Source: an uncultured Gammaproteobacteria bacterium (GTDB lineage: Bacteria; Patescibacteriota; Patescibacteriia; SG8-24). Taken from it: 13,706 bases of DNA. Location: contig CAYOXM010000029.1 of the NCBI GenBank assembly GCA_964407925.1, positions 1 through 13,706 on the forward strand, in the 5' to 3' direction. Below the pieces are notes generated by a model that was not told where the DNA came from, did not search any database, and saw only the letters and a list, made by a program, of their open reading frames with translations. The number at the start of each line of letters is the position of its first letter. Within the stretch, counting starts at the first letter, position 1. The position numbers and the translations under genes are program-made. Positions 7,151 through 13,706 of the stretch are shown here, piece by piece.

Positions 7151-8488
7151 ATGCCCGGTGCCAAATACCACCTCATCACCTACGGGTGCCAGATGAACAA
7201 GTCCGACTCCGAACGGGTCGCGTCGCTCTTGGACAGGATGGGCATGAACGAGACTCCCGAGGCGGAGGACGCGGACCTGATTTTGGTGAATTCGTGTTCG
7301 GTGCGGCAGACGGCCGAGGATCGCATCTTCGGGAAGATGCGGGATTTCGCGGCGCTCAAGGAGAAAAACCCGAAACTCATCGTCGGCGTGACCGGTTGCC
7401 TGCCCGGACGCGACCGCGACGGCGTCATCCGCGCCAAGATGCCGACCGCCGACCTGTATTTCCCGATCAAGGATTTGCCGCAGCTGCCGCGCTGGATGGC
7501 GGAACTGAATCCCGACCTCGCGAACACCGCGGACGTCGAGGAGGACTACCTGCGCATCGCGCCGCGCCACGCGAAAGAGAAGCAGGCGTACGTGTCGATT
7601 CAGACGGGCTGCGGGAAGTTCTGCACGTATTGCGTCGTCCCGTTCGCGCGCGGCACGGAGAAGAACCGGCCGGCGTTGGACATCTTGCGCGAGATTCGCG
7701 AGCGCACGACGCAGGGGACCGTGGAAATCACGCTGCTCGGGCAGACGGTCAACTCGTACAAGGCGCCCGACCGCGGGACGTTCGCGGCGGAGAACCCGTA
7801 CAAGGACGATTTCGCGGCGCTCCTGTGGGAGGTGAACCGGATTCCCGGCGTCGAACGCATTCACTACACCGCGCCGCATCCGATTCACATGACCGACGAG
7901 GTCATCGACGCGCTGACGTTACCGAAGCACGTGCGTTACCTGCACCTGCCCGTGCAGTGCGGCAGCGACGAGGTGCTCCGCCGGATGAACCGCCGCTACG
8001 GCCGTCAGTTCTTCATCGACATGATCGCGAAGATCCGCGAGCGCGTGCCGGGCATCGCCATCGGTACGGACATCATCGTCGGGTTCTGCGGCGAGACCGA
8101 GGCGCAGTTCGAGGACACCTACACGCTCTACCAGGCGTGCGACTTCGACATTTCCTATACCGCGATGTACAGCCCGCGCTCCGGTACCGCCGCCTACCGC
8201 GCGTTCAAGGATGACGTGTCGCGGCAGGAGAAAAAACGGCGTTGGCTGCGCCTGCAGGCGCTCATGGAAGAGACGGTGCTCCGCAAGAATCAGGCGTACG
8301 TCGGCCGGGAGGTCGAGGTGCTGGTCGATTCCTGGGATCACGGCGTCGCCTCGGGCAATTCGCGCGAGATGAAATTGACGCGTTTCAACGCCAAGGAGGA
8401 TTTGCGCGGGTCGACCGTGAAGGTGCGCGTGAATAAGGCTTTTGAGTGGATGTTGAGCGGGGATGCGGTTAGCGTGCTAAGGCGGTAA
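7151..8488 (+). CDS. miaB: tRNA-i6A37 methylthiotransferase MiaB (radical SAM MTTase with C-terminal TRAM domain)
   Basis: N-terminal MTTase cysteines (ITYGCQMN, NSCSVR, GVTGCL), radical-SAM CxxxCxxC motif (CGKFCTYC), and a C-terminal TRAM-like GREVEVLVD. Adjacent to miaA. The start is placed at the ATG at 7151 (MPGAKYHLITYGCQMN); the track's 7124 start is also in frame. TAA stop at 8486-8488. Confidence 0.9.
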   Translation: MPGAKYHLITYGCQMNKSDSERVASLLDRMGMNETPEAEDADLILVNSCSVRQTAEDRIFGKMRDFAALKEKNPKLIVGVTGCLPGRDRDGVIRAKMPTADLYFPIKDLPQLPRWMAELNPDLANTADVEEDYLRIAPRHAKEKQAYVSIQTGCGKFCTYCVVPFARGTEKNRPALDILREIRERTTQGTVEITLLGQTVNSYKAPDRGTFAAENPYKDDFAALLWEVNRIPGVERIHYTAPHPIHMTDEVIDALTLPKHVRYLHLPVQCGSDEVLRRMNRRYGRQFFIDMIAKIRERVPGIAIGTDIIVGFCGETEAQFEDTYTLYQACDFDISYTAMYSPRSGTAAYRAFKDDVSRQEKKRRWLRLQALMEETVLRKNQAYVGREVEVLVDSWDHGVASGNSREMKLTRFNAKEDLRGSTVKVRVNKAFEWMLSGDAVSVLRR

Positions 8489-8605
8489 CCCCGTGGCCGG
8501 CGCATCGCGTCGTTGCGGGGCCCCTGTTCACGCCTCACCGTACGTCGAGTACGCCTCGGCGCAAACTTTCCCCGCGCCTAGCGCTGCATCCGGCCACGGG
8601 GTTAC
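8485..8605. repeat. Structured intergenic element between miaB and miaA. Two 16-bp perfect inverted repeats (GTAACCCCGTGGCCGG at 8485-8500 and CCGGCCACGGGGTTAC at 8590-8605) enclose an 89-nt core with nested stems.
   Basis: The inverted repeats were read directly. The inner pairings are GCGGGG (8515-8520) with CCCCGC (8570-8575) and CGTAC-gtcga-GTACG (8539-8553). The left repeat overlaps the miaB stop codon. Confidence 0.6.
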
Positions 8606-8613
8606 GTACCAAT

Positions 8614-9558
8614 ATGAAAGTAAAACAATCCCTGCCTAAGCTGATCGCCGTCGTCGGGCCGACCGCGAGCGGCAAGACCGACCTCGCCGTCGCGCTTGCG
8701 AAGAAGTTCAAGGGCGAGATCATCTCCGCCGACTCGCGGCAGTTTTATCGCGGGGCGGAAATCGGGTCGGACGTCATTCCGGGGAAGTGGGTGATGAAAT
8801 GGGGGAGGCGGACGTATGTGGCGAAGGGCGTGCCGCACTATCTTCTTGGCTTCCTGCCCCCGTCGAAGACTTTTACCGCCGCCCAGTTCAAGGATCACGT
8901 CATACGCATCAGTCGCGACATCGCGAAACGCGGGCACATCCCCATCCTCGCCGGCGGGACGGGACTGTTCATCCGTACGGTCGTCGATAACTTCACCATC
9001 CCCGAAGTCCCGCCGAATGCGGCCTTCCGGAAGCGGATGGAGAAGAAGACGACCTTCGCCCTCTATGCCGAGCTTAAGAAGAAAGACCCCGTGTACGCCG
9101 CACGCATCCCGGAGAACAACCGGCGGTACGCCATTCGCGCCCTTGAGGTCATCGCCGCGACCGGTAAGCCGTTCTCCGAGGCGCAAAAGACCGGCGAACC
9201 GCTCTTCGACGTCCTCCAGATCGGCATTAGGCGTCCGCGCGAGGAGATGTACCGTCGTATCGACGCCCGCGTGGGCGTGCAAATGAAGCGGGGACTCTTA
9301 AAAGAGGCGCAGAAGCTCGGGAGGCGTCACGGTTGGAGCGTTCCCGCGATGACCGGGCTCGGCCATCGCCAGCTCGGGCTGTATCTGACAGGAAAAGTCT
9401 CACTTGAAGAGGCTGTCGCGCTCATAAAACGCGACACGAGGCACTACGCCAAGCGCCAAATGACGTGGTTTCGGCGCGATAAGCGCATCATTTGGGTTAA
9501 AAGTGATGCCGAAGCCGTAAGGCTCACGAAAAAGTTTTTTGGGCGGAAAAAGGGGTGA
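8614..9558 (+). CDS. miaA: tRNA dimethylallyltransferase (tRNA isopentenyltransferase, IPTase)
   Basis: The N-terminal P-loop IAVVGPTASGKT, the SADSRQFYRG motif, and overall similarity over about 314 aa are typical of MiaA. TGA stop at 9556-9558. Confidence 0.9.
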   Translation: MKVKQSLPKLIAVVGPTASGKTDLAVALAKKFKGEIISADSRQFYRGAEIGSDVIPGKWVMKWGRRTYVAKGVPHYLLGFLPPSKTFTAAQFKDHVIRISRDIAKRGHIPILAGGTGLFIRTVVDNFTIPEVPPNAAFRKRMEKKTTFALYAELKKKDPVYAARIPENNRRYAIRALEVIAATGKPFSEAQKTGEPLFDVLQIGIRRPREEMYRRIDARVGVQMKRGLLKEAQKLGRRHGWSVPAMTGLGHRQLGLYLTGKVSLEEAVALIKRDTRHYAKRQMTWFRRDKRIIWVKSDAEAVRLTKKFFGRKKG

Positions 9559-9582
9559 ATCAGTGGATAACGGCAAAAATGA

Positions 9583-9616
9583 AAAAACCGCTCAATGGAG
9601 CGTATTTTTTGCGTTT
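9583..9616 (+). terminator. Putative miaA terminator: A-run, CGCTC-aatg-GAGCG hairpin, then TATTTTTTGCGTTTTG.
   Basis: 5-bp stem followed by a strong T-tract about 30 nt after the miaA stop. Confidence 0.45.
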
Positions 9617-9700
9617 TGTCGTCGAAAAACCGAGTAAAACCCTCGCCTTATTTCCGCTTATTTGCTATACTTCTTGCAGAACTCTTAACCATCACTATCT

Positions 9701-9877
9701 ATGGCCGAAGCGGTCATCGGATACTGCGTCAAGTGCAAGGAGAAGCGCGAGATGAAGGACGCGAACCAGATCGAGATGCCGGCGAAAGGCGGCGGCACTC
9801 GCCCTGCCATGAAGGGCACCTGCAGCGTTTGCGGGACCGGCATGTTCAAGATTCTTCCCAAGTCGGCGGCCAAGTAA
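9701..9877 (+). CDS. Small zinc-ribbon-like protein, 58 aa (GYCVKCKEK … GTCSVCGTG). Resembles the widespread DUF5679-type CxxC...CxxC mini-proteins.
   Basis: ATG at 9701, TAA at 9875-9877. GC3 is about 85%. Two CxxC pairs are present. A strong terminator follows immediately. The gene is absent from the supplied ORF track because it is under 60 aa. No SD is present. Confidence 0.65.
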   Translation: MAEAVIGYCVKCKEKREMKDANQIEMPAKGGGTRPAMKGTCSVCGTGMFKILPKSAAK

Positions 9878-9890
9878 GCCGTCGGAAGAC

Positions 9891-9926
9891 GAAAAATTCC
9901 GCCATAACGGCGGAATTTTTCTTTTG
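9891..9926. terminator. Strong intrinsic terminator GAAAAATTCCGCC-ataac-GGCGGAATTTTTC-TTTTG; bidirectional in form.
   Basis: Perfect 12-bp stem with an A-run and a T-run, 14 nt after the small-gene stop. Confidence 0.7.
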
Positions 9927-9929
9927 TAC

Positions 9930-10188
9930 GCGACATTTCCACGGTTATCGTGTCAAAGCCGGCCGCGGAATGGTCCGCCCCGTGCGGACCGGGGTAATTG
10001 GTCCGCAGGGGCTGCCCTTCCGCGGCCTCCGCCCTCGCCGCTCGTCGCTCCGCACTCGATGATGGGGGATGGAAATCCGACCTCCGGCCCATGCGTCGCC
10101 ATTGATGCCTCGTCGGGTCGGATTTCTCGAAGCATCTCTAACCTCGGCTCCGAACCCGGCCGCTAGAAGGATGATAAGAGGGGGTGAC
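9930..10188. ncRNA. Candidate structured noncoding RNA of unknown class and unknown strand, about 260 nt, bounded by terminators on both sides.
   Basis: No credible ORF: all frames give Arg/Gly/Pro-rich junk. Multiple stems are present: GGTCCGC-cccgt-GCGGACC (9972-9990), and a perfect 11-bp stem GAAATCCGACC (10070-10080) paired with GGTCGGATTTC (10114-10124) enclosing 33 nt. Intrinsic terminators flank the region on both sides. Confidence 0.25.
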
Positions 10189-10229
10189 AAAAACCGCCCG
10201 TCGACAGGGCGGTTTCATATTTTCTTTTT
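10189..10229. terminator. Bidirectional intrinsic terminator AAAAACCGCCC-gtcgaca-GGGCGGTTT-catATTTTCTTTTT. It serves gatB on the minus strand and any plus-strand transcript coming from the 9930-10188 region.
   Basis: 8-9-bp G/C stem with T-runs on both strands. Lies 115 nt downstream of the gatB stop. Confidence 0.7.
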
Positions 10230-10330
10230 AGCCGAGCGGAGCCGTTTAGCCGAGCGCGGAGGCCGCGCCGGGCGTTCCGCAAGGCGACCGTTTCCGCAGG
10301 TCGCCGGCGGAATGCCCAGGCAGGCCGGCT

Positions 10331-11866
10331 TCAGACGAGCTTCTTCAGCTGTTCTTCGATAAGCGTCCTTGCCGCCTCCGGCGGCGCTTTGCCTCGGGTC
10401 GCCCGCATCACCTGGCCGACGAGGAACTGCGCAGCGTTCGTCTTGCCCGCCTTCCAGTCTTCCACGACTTTGGGATTTGCCGCGATGACGTCCTTCACCG
10501 CCTTTTCGAGCTCGCCGGTGTCTTCGATGGCGCCGAGGTTCTTTTCCTGCTTGATGACCGAGGGATCCGCGCCCGAGAGCGCCATCTCCGTCAGGATGAC
10601 GAGCGCGTTCGGGCCGGTGACCTCCTTCTTATGGACCATCGCCAGCAGTTCGGCGAAGTTCTCGGGGGTGATCTTGAGCGTGCGGATGTCGATCTTGTGC
10701 TCGGTCATCACGCCGCCGAGCTTCGAGAGGATCCAACCGGAGGCGAGCTTGGCATACTGCTCCTTGCAGGCGTCCCAATGCGCCTCGCCGTCGCCGGAGG
10801 AGCGGACCCATTCCTGGAGCTCGGACATCACCTTCTCGGCGTAGTCGCCGAGTTCCTTGTCCTCGACGAGCGTCCGGCTGTCGGCTTCCGTAAATTTGTA
10901 CTCTTCCATGAACCGGCGGCGGCGCGCTTCGGGGAGTTCGGGAATCCGCCCGCGGAGCGCCTCGGCCATCTCGTGGAGCATGAGCGGCGGGAGGTCGGGT
11001 TCGGGGAAGTAACGGTAGTCGGCGGCGTCCTCCTTGGATCGCTGTTCGACGGTAAGGCCGCGGACGTCGTCCCATCCGCGGGTGGTCGAAATCATCGGCG
11101 GTTTGCCGTCGAGCCAGAGCTTGGTCTGGCGCTTGATTTCGTATTCGAGCGCGCGCTCCACCGAGCGGAACGAGTTGATGTTCTTCACCTCGGTCTTCGG
11201 GTTGAGGCGCGTCTTCCACTCCTCGTTCGCCGGATCCTCCGCTATTTCGCGGAGCGAGACGTTGGCATCGCAGCGAAGGTGTCCTTTTTCCATGTCCGCG
11301 TCAGACACGCCGATGTAGCGCATGATGAGGCGGAGTTCCTGGAGGAACGCCTTTGCCTCGGCCGGCGTCCGCATGTCCGGTTCGGTGACGATCTCGATGA
11401 GCGGCGTGCCGCCGCGGTTGAAGTCGACGAAACTCGACGAGCCGTCGTCGGCATGGACCAGTTTGGCGGCGTCCTCTTCGAGGTGCGCGCGGTGGATGCG
11501 GACGGTGACGTCACGCCGCTCGCCGCTGCCGGCGGGAACGCTGACGGTCACGGAGCCGTCGCGGACGACGGGAAGGTCGAACTGCGAAATCTGGTAGCCC
11601 TTCGGAAGGTCGGGATAGAAGTACTGCTTGCGGTCGAACTTGGAGAATTCGGTGATCTTGCTCCCGAGCGCGAGGCCGACCATCACGCCGAATTCCACGG
11701 CCTTCGCGTTGATGACCGGGAGCGTCCCCGGCTGGCCGAGGCAGACGGGGCAGACCGTCATGTTGGGCGCCTCGTATTCGCCGCGGTTCGAACAGCGGCA
11801 GAACATCTTGGTCTTCGTCTTCAGTTGGACGTGGATTTCGAGGCCGATGACGGATTCGAATTTCAT
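10331..11866 (-). CDS. gatB: Asp-tRNA(Asn)/Glu-tRNA(Gln) amidotransferase subunit B
   Basis: N-terminus MKFESVIGLEIHVQLKTKTKMFCRC; the C-terminal GatB/YqeY-like domain is full length at 511 aa. TGA stop at 10331-10333. No SD upstream. gatA and gatC are not adjacent. Confidence 0.9.
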   Translation of the reverse strand: MKFESVIGLEIHVQLKTKTKMFCRCSNRGEYEAPNMTVCPVCLGQPGTLPVINAKAVEFGVMVGLALGSKITEFSKFDRKQYFYPDLPKGYQISQFDLPVVRDGSVTVSVPAGSGERRDVTVRIHRAHLEEDAAKLVHADDGSSSFVDFNRGGTPLIEIVTEPDMRTPAEAKAFLQELRLIMRYIGVSDADMEKGHLRCDANVSLREIAEDPANEEWKTRLNPKTEVKNINSFRSVERALEYEIKRQTKLWLDGKPPMISTTRGWDDVRGLTVEQRSKEDAADYRYFPEPDLPPLMLHEMAEALRGRIPELPEARRRRFMEEYKFTEADSRTLVEDKELGDYAEKVMSELQEWVRSSGDGEAHWDACKEQYAKLASGWILSKLGGVMTEHKIDIRTLKITPENFAELLAMVHKKEVTGPNALVILTEMALSGADPSVIKQEKNLGAIEDTGELEKAVKDVIAANPKVVEDWKAGKTNAAQFLVGQVMRATRGKAPPEAARTLIEEQLKKLV

Positions 11867-11884
11867 ATTCCGGAGGCAAAACGA

Positions 11885-11905
11885 AATGCGGGTTCACCCC
11901 GCATT
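11885..11905 (-). promoter_or_regulatory. Perfect 8-bp hairpin AATGCGGG-ttcac-CCCGCATT, 19 nt upstream of the gatB start. It may be a terminator or attenuator of the upstream membrane-protein gene, or a 5'-UTR structure. A possible promoter (TTGTAA at 11931..11926, 17-nt spacer, CACAAT at 11908..11903) lies just upstream of it.
   Basis: Read directly from the sequence. Functional assignment is uncertain. Confidence 0.3.
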
Positions 11906-11934
11906 GTGCGTCCTTGAGCGGTTTTTTACAAGGT

Positions 11935-12699
11935 TTACGCGGTCCTCTTGAGGTCGTACCAGAGGACGAGGTCGGCGCCCAGGAAGAGGGGAATCGCGAA
12001 GCCGTTAATGACGTTGGGAACGACCATGGTGATGAGCGTATGAGTGTTCGAGAGTTCGCCGATGTCCGGCTGGTTGCCGAAGAACAGGCCGGGGTCGCCG
12101 AGAGCCGCGCCGAACAGCAGGTAGGCGAGCGCTGTGGCGAAGGCCGCGGCGACATAGAAGAACAGGCCGGGAACGACGATTCGGGCGAAGACGGCCCACC
12201 ACCTGCCCGATGAGAGCTTCTTGCTGGCCGCGAGCGCCGCGGTTCCGCGGACGTCGTCGACGACGACGTACGCCTGGCTGAAGCGGTACCAGACGAGGAA
12301 GACGAGAATCGGGACGATGAGCAGGATGATGCCGAGCAGGTACATCAGTCCGACGAGGATGGAGACCCAGATGACCGGAAAGACCTTGTGCAACCCGACC
12401 GAGAGCATCTCCTTGAGGTCGGTTTTTTTGCCGCGGAGGGCCTTCGCGGTGAAATCGAGCATCGACGTCGTGATCACCGCGACGGTGAAGAAGATCGGCA
12501 AGGAGAGGAGCCCGAGCAGCGTCACGCGCAGGTAGCGGTCGTCGATGACCGTCTTGAGGAGCACGGAGAACGCCCATTGAATGACGCTGAGGAGCGCGAT
12601 CCAGACGACGAATTCCGCGTAAATCCGGACATGCTTCCGGAAATTCAGCCACGATTCGACGATGATGTCGCCGGGGGCGATAAGTTGACCTTGAGCCAT
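11935..12699 (-). CDS. Integral membrane protein of unknown function, 5-6 predicted transmembrane helices, about 254 aa.
   Basis: Several long hydrophobic segments (VVWIALLSVIQWAFSVLL; VFPVIWVSILVGLMYLLGIILLIVPILVFLVWY; and others). Start is the ATG at 12699 (MAQGQLIAP…) or the ATG at 12717; TATACT lies 8 nt before the ATG at 12699. No SD. Confidence 0.6.
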   Translation of the reverse strand: MAQGQLIAPGDIIVESWLNFRKHVRIYAEFVVWIALLSVIQWAFSVLLKTVIDDRYLRVTLLGLLSLPIFFTVAVITTSMLDFTAKALRGKKTDLKEMLSVGLHKVFPVIWVSILVGLMYLLGIILLIVPILVFLVWYRFSQAYVVVDDVRGTAALAASKKLSSGRWWAVFARIVVPGLFFYVAAAFATALAYLLFGAALGDPGLFFGNQPDIGELSNTHTLITMVVPNVINGFAIPLFLGADLVLWYDLKRTA

Positions 12700-12717
12700 A
12701 TGCGGGGAGTATAGCAT

Positions 12718-12746
12718 AAGAAAAGACCCCCGGGGTAGCGGGGGTC
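12718..12746 (-). terminator. Intrinsic terminator after tmk: GACCCCCG-ctaccc-CGGGGGTC-TTTTCTT on the minus strand.
   Basis: Perfect 8-bp G/C stem plus a T-run, 8 nt downstream of the tmk TGA at 12754-12756. Confidence 0.6.
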
Positions 12747-12753
12747 CTGAGGG

Positions 12754-13410
12754 TCAGGCGAGGAGCGTCGCGATGGCCGCCCAGACCTTTTCGTGGACTT
12801 CGGGGATGGAGAGCAGGCGCTCGCCGTCCATGCATTCCACGGCGACGAAGCCGGGGAAGGTCGCCGCGATTTCGCGGTACGTCCGCTCTGCCTGTTCGAG
12901 GTGGGCGAGGTTCTCGTGCTCGTCCTTGGCGAGTCCGCGCTTCTCGATGAGCGAGAGCGAGATTTTCGCCGGGACGTGCAGGATGACGTTCACGTCGGGC
13001 CGCGGGATGGCGAAGAGCCCGAATTCGAGCTCGTCGTTCCAACGGTAGAACGCCGCGCGTTCCTCCGCGCGCCGCTCCTTGGAGCCCTGATGGCCCATGT
13101 TGGAGGCGACGTAGCGGTTCGCGACGACGATCTTGCCCTCGGCGAGCCAGGCGCGGATGCGCGGGGCCGCCGTGTAGCGGTCGACGGCGTAGAGGATCGA
13201 CGCGCGCTTCGCGCCGACTTCCTCGGGCGGGCCGAATTCGCCTTTCAGGTACTGCTTCACGACGGCGCCGGCGTGGGTCTCGTACTGCGGAAACGCGATG
13301 GTCTCCACGGTACGGCCTTCCTTGCGGAGCCGTTCGACGAGCAGATTGGACTGCTCGGTCTTACCCGAACCGTCCGTGCCCTCGATGACCAGAAATACTC
13401 CTTTTGGCAT
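12754..13410 (-). CDS. tmk: Thymidylate kinase (dTMP kinase)
   Basis: P-loop FLVIEGTDGSGKT and overall dTMP-kinase architecture over about 218 aa. Start is the ATG at 13410, with a perfect AAGGAGG 5 nt upstream. The track's start at 13440 is a GTG with no SD. Confidence 0.9.
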   Translation of the reverse strand: MPKGVFLVIEGTDGSGKTEQSNLLVERLRKEGRTVETIAFPQYETHAGAVVKQYLKGEFGPPEEVGAKRASILYAVDRYTAAPRIRAWLAEGKIVVANRYVASNMGHQGSKERRAEERAAFYRWNDELEFGLFAIPRPDVNVILHVPAKISLSLIEKRGLAKDEHENLAHLEQAERTYREIAATFPGFVAVECMDGERLLSIPEVHEKVWAAIATLLA

Positions 13411-13436
13411 ACGTTCCTCCTTTGGAACGAACAAAA

Positions 13437-13706
13437 TCACTTTTGATCGAGCGCCGCTTCCTTCACCCGTTGCCGGGCTTCCTGGTCGGCGCGCGTCCAG
13501 AAATAGTCGCCGTGGTCGGCGAACGCCATCGCTTCCGCGCGCCAGGGCGAACGGGCGGCGACGGCCTTGTGCATCATCTGGCAGACCTTCCTGTAGGAAG
13601 GATGGCCGGCCGGCTGGGTGCGCAGCTCGATCATGTGCATGAGCGCGCGGTCGTTGATGCCGAGCGTCCAGCGCACGAGTGAGCCGTGGAGCGTGGCGTA
13701 CGACGC
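13437..13706 (-). CDS. Hypothetical protein, C-terminal about 89 aa; the gene continues beyond the window end.
   Basis: The minus-strand frame is open to the window edge and has very high GC3. TGA stop at 13437-13439, 26 nt upstream of tmk, so probably co-transcribed with it. Family not recognised. Confidence 0.55.
   Translation of the reverse strand, partial: ASYATLHGSLVRWTLGINDRALMHMIELRTQPAGHPSYRKVCQMMHKAVAARSPWRAEAMAFADHGDYFWTRADQEARQRVKEAALDQK

Noticed and set aside
7006-8214. 402-aa plus-strand ORF overlapping miaB in another frame, and the 7133-7888 minus ORF
   Set aside because: Arg/Gly/His-rich junk. miaB in its own frame carries all MTTase and radical-SAM motifs.
9685-10092. 135-aa minus ORF across the mini-protein gene and the putative ncRNA region
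   Set aside because: Antisense to a high-GC3 gene and crosses a strong terminator. The composition is not protein-like.
10631-11917. 428-aa plus-strand ORF antisense to gatB
   Set aside because: Antisense artefact. gatB on the minus strand is unambiguous.
12005-13042. 345-aa minus-strand ORF spanning the membrane-protein and tmk genes out of frame; also the 12793-13446 plus ORF
   Set aside because: Arg/Pro-rich with no motifs. It crosses a terminator and two well-supported genes.
1-13706. Searched for tRNA/rRNA genes, CRISPR arrays, IS elements, transposases and integrases
   Set aside because: No T-loop or acceptor-stem-like tRNA signatures were found by eye. There are no regularly spaced direct repeats and no transposase or integrase-like ORFs. 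The only repeats are the inverted and direct repeats reported above.

Overview
This is a high-GC (~65%) bacterial chromosomal window. Housekeeping genes for tRNA charging and modification (thrS 3' part, miaB, miaA, gatB) and tmk flank a minus-strand accessory-looking module at about 1.49-7.0 kb. The module holds a long flotillin/SPFH membrane protein, a small unknown protein, and two tandem paralogous coiled-coil proteins of no recognisable family; the two paralogs share a distinctive C-terminal module. Each gene in this module has its own promoter-like signal and its own intrinsic terminator. Other observations: a CxxC...CxxC mini-protein of 58 aa that the ORF track missed; a structured intergenic element between miaB and miaA bounded by 16-bp perfect inverted repeats; and a structured noncoding stretch of about 260 nt bounded by two bidirectional terminators, which may be an sRNA. 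No tRNA, rRNA, CRISPR or transposase was found. Coding calls used strand-specific third-position GC (GC3), which is very high in real frames here, and protein-like composition. Many long ORFs on opposite strands or off-frame are artefacts of the high GC.
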